A DNA stretch of 64,000 bases from Negaprion brevirostris (lineage: Eukaryota): positions 12,065,407-12,129,406 of the forward strand of contig JARDVH010000157.1 of the NCBI GenBank assembly GCA_030324005.1, given 5' to 3'. Positions 60,596-64,000 of this stretch are shown here, piece after piece (position 1 is the first letter of the stretch; each line of letters opens with the position of its first letter). The position numbers and the translations under genes are program-made. The notes below the pieces were generated by a model that had not been told where the DNA came from, did not search any database, and was given only the letters and a program-made list of their open reading frames with translations.

Positions 60596-63500
60596 GTCAG
60601 TCATGTAATTGTTGATTTATTATTGTTCGTGATTGATTGGGCTCAGGGGTGCTCCATGATTCAGACTAATGACATTTTTACCCTGACAATTTGTCACTGG
60701 CAATACCGCTACAATATTCCTACTAGTGCAAGCCTTCAGTATATATGATATAAACTCTATGCTTCTGACGGAGCCACAGCCCTAGTTTTCCACAGCAACC
60801 CTATGTCTGGGCCAGAGGAGAATAACAAGGTAAAACAAAGAGGCAATGCTTTCAGATAATTTCAAAACAGCTCTCATGATGTAACATCGCCAGTGTCAAA
60901 TTCTATTGTTGCACCTACTGGATCCTATTGGACTGTTGTCACATGAGAAAACGTTAATTACGATCTTGTGCTTCTTTGAGGTCTAAGAGCAAGTCGAGGG
61001 CCTACCCTTACAGCCACAAATGGTGCATTAGACAAACAGATTAAGGAAGTGGGGAGAAAGTTGCTCAAAAACAGGAAGTCACATCCATCCCTCAAAAAAT
61101 GAAGGATATGGTGTAAGATCTTATGTATCATCAATTCTAAAGAATTGCACAGGGTACCTTTTTATTCTGTTTTTTATTGGATGTTTATGGTTGTTTTTAA
61201 TAAGTCAATGTTTTTTCAAATGCATTTCACAACTTTTCCTTGCATGTTTGTGCAGATCTGAAAATTCAGATAATAGCTAAGTTATTGTAATATTGGTGCA
61301 ATCGCTTAGCTAATGGTTTAGCTATGTTTGAAGGTAAAATCTGTAACTGGTAGTATGTACTACTGGACATTTTCTAGTTGTGGTATTTGTGCTTATGATA
61401 ACCAGAAGGAAAATCTGTTTCATACAAGCTTCATAAAAAATAAGATGTGACTGTTTTGGGAGTGACAGAACAAGTGTGTTTCCAGTATGTTGTTAGTATA
61501 CTGCATGACCAGGTATCAGGTAATAATATACTTACTAAAGCACTCCTTCCAGTGAATTGTTGGATATTCTGCTTTATAATGGTGGGAGTCATGCCATATA
61601 CTGGACAATATATTTGTTAGCTGATGAGAGACAACAGTTCATTTTAACTAGTATATCTGAGGCCAGTTAGAGGCTAATTGCTTGTAGGCATATCCAGGGG
61701 GTCAATCAGCAGTCAAGGGAAGCCAACTGGAAATAACTGGCTTCATTTTTACAGTGTGGCACAAAACATTACATATGACAAAAGTGTGACAGAGTTATAT
61801 TTGCAGTTCCCTGTGGCATTGCTCATGGTGAATTGAAATATATGTTACTTTGTAGCTGTAAAGCTCTTAGCAATAAAGTGCGACAGTGAAAATATTACAG
61901 GAAGCAAGTGTGACACTTAGAGGATGTGCATGCTAGATGCAAGATTCATAATGCATTGTAGATTTGCAGTACTGTTATGGGACTTGGAAGGCATGCAACA
62001 TACTGAGCCACCATAGAATATAAATCAAGTGTCAGCATGTGTGAAACAGTTCTTGGATTCAAATTTATGCCTTGTTTTAATCTGACTAAAGTAATTTCAT
62101 ATTCCAATATCCTATTAACCTTATTGAAGAGTCACCAGGATTTAAATCTAGTCTTTGTTATAACCTGATCGAAAAGCCTCCAGGATCCTGATCCAACCCT
62201 TGTATAATTTCACAGACGATGAGTCCAAAGATGCTTGCCCAGTCCGCATTTAATTGTGACTGAGTCAACTTCAGGATCCTGATCCAATGTATGTTTTAAG
62301 GCTGATTCTCACTTCTGTTGATAATGTAATTATATTGTTTGGCGTTTGGCGTTATAGAAGCATTTCCCTTTTTAAGGAAACAACGGCCAATGAGACAGAA
62401 TTGAATGAATGGTTTTGTGTCTGCTTTGCTGCACAATACCAGGATTGTCTTCAAAGAATAGCCATTGCGAGACTGTCCAATGAAAATGATGTAACATGGC
62501 TGAAGGTCATGTGACTTTCAAACGTTGATCATTCACCACTGAAAGAAGATCAGTGCAGCTATATCACTTGGATAATGTTGTATTAATTCTTCTGCAAAAA
62601 TAATATTTAATTGCAAGCTCAGCCCACCTGTGACATGTTTTAAATGACAAGCCAACGCTTGCAGCAATGGTGAACTTTTATCATGGCTGCGCTTTGACTG
62701 GGAAGATAAGGAACCAAACCATCTTACAGCATAGTGTTACCTGTACGTGAAGGCACCCAAATTGCCCTGTTTATAAAGAGCCATCACAATGGCAGGTCTA
62801 CTTCTACAATTATCATCATAACATAAGTGGAGTAATGTGTAGTTCTTGTGTGTCTGTGCTACTTAGTTCTCAGTATCCATTATTTTCCGTATTCATCATT
62901 CTGGACTGTGTAGAGTAGCAGTTATCATTCTAACAATCCTGAATATATGTTATTTCTTAGTATTTGTTCTTTGAACACAATTCTGTCTATGGATTCTCAG
63001 GATCAGCAAAAGCTTTGATCCTGGACACTGTTAGAAGGACGCTGATTCAGTTCTTTTCTAACGGAATTTGTTACTAATGATGGTGGAGCCCTACATGCAC
63101 CTGCTACCAATGGCACTACGACTGCAGAAAGGCCTTAACATTGGGTCTGAAATATCGCAGGGGGAAGGGAGACTTGCTGCCTTCAGGCACAGGAAGCTCC
63201 GAGGATTAATTTAGACCCATTCTACCAAGACAGACAATTCAATCTACTGGATGCATAGCTTCAGGCTCTGTCCATTCTCTGTCTATTCTTCTCCGACATA
63301 AATGTGTTTCACTAGTAATCGCCTATTTAAAAACCATTAAGTGGCTTTTATTGCAACATAATATTTCACTCACATTACTCAAAAGCTATTTAGATGAGGT
63401 TGCCTCTCTCCCTCAATAAGTTCAGGTGAAGCTGCAAAACAGTGTCAGTTCTGCAGCTAATGGATTCAGTCCATGTTAGTTTGAAGTAAATATCCTGTCT

Positions 63501-63739
63501 TACATTTTCCTGAACTTGATTAAGGGTCATTCAATAAAATTGAAGCTATCACTTGCAAGACAAAAGAAAACTCCAATTTGTATTCCTAATGATAACAAAG
63601 AGATGTTATTTAGAGTGCAAAAGTTTTAGAAATGATGTACCCCCTGAGATAATTGCTGCACTCCCAGGAGTCAGTGTTGCACCCACTTCTACCTTTGGTA
63701 CACATGGATGACTGAGATTTGGATAGATGGAGCACAAAT

Positions 63740-63940
63740 ATGTTAATGACATAAAAATAGGGATTTAAAAACAGTGAGCAGAACTGTAAAAGATTTCAAG
63801 AAGAGAAAGGCAGATTGGTGAAGTTGGTAGAGACGGGACAGATTCAGTTTAATGTGGACTTTTTTTATTTGTTCATGTGATGTGGGCTTTGCTGGCAAGG
63901 CCAGCACTTGTTGCTGTACGTAATTGCCCTTGGGAAGGTA
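63740..63940. mobile_element. CR1 fragment (+) adjoining an L2/Crack-like 3' end (-)
   Basis: gatttcaagaagagaaaggcagattggtgaagttgg...cagtttaatgtgga, followed by tttgttcatgtgatgtgggctttgctggcaaggccagca. Confidence 0.7.
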
Positions 63941-64000
63941 GATGAACACGTGGTAATAGATTTGAGAATAAAGAAGGAAAATGAGTGAATGCTCAATGAA

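Noticed and set aside
60596-60748. ORF continuation after FGWE
   Set aside because: Homology stops at the GT donor, so this is intronic read-through.
62178-62287. Repeated caggatcctgatccaa 16-mer
   Set aside because: Probably a small local duplication around a MITE fragment, and too little to interpret.

Overview
This window is vertebrate genomic DNA, almost certainly from a shark. The repeat landscape (HE1/V-SINEs, SacSINE1/DeuSINE-like SINEs, CR1, L2-like, Penelope) is typical of chondrichthyans. Only one host coding segment is supported: a 350-nt + strand exon at 60246-60595 that matches PRDM16 exon 2 (start of the PR/SET domain). By inference, 1-60245 is the 3' part of the very large intron 1 and 60596-64000 is the start of intron 2. 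Nearly all other ORFs in the track are spurious, run through N gaps, or are decayed transposon fragments. The intron is a patchwork of old mobile elements with several repeat-free, motif-rich islands that look like conserved enhancers. The most notable observations are: (1) a hAT MITE with a perfect 8-bp TSD carrying a duplicated cluster of TGATTGACAG (PBX-MEIS/PREP) and CCAAT motifs; (2) decayed minimal hammerhead ribozymes in two Penelope copies, one copy with a 5' inversion; (3) an old Gypsy provirus that still has both LTRs, PPT and TSD; (4) a direct-plus-inverted duplication whose hairpin arm was split by a SINE; and (5) a tandem duplicon with a GC hairpin capped by an HDV-ribozyme-like loop. 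I found no convincing wholly new biological system. Family names come from recalled consensus similarity, not from database searches, and repeat boundaries are approximate unless stated otherwise.
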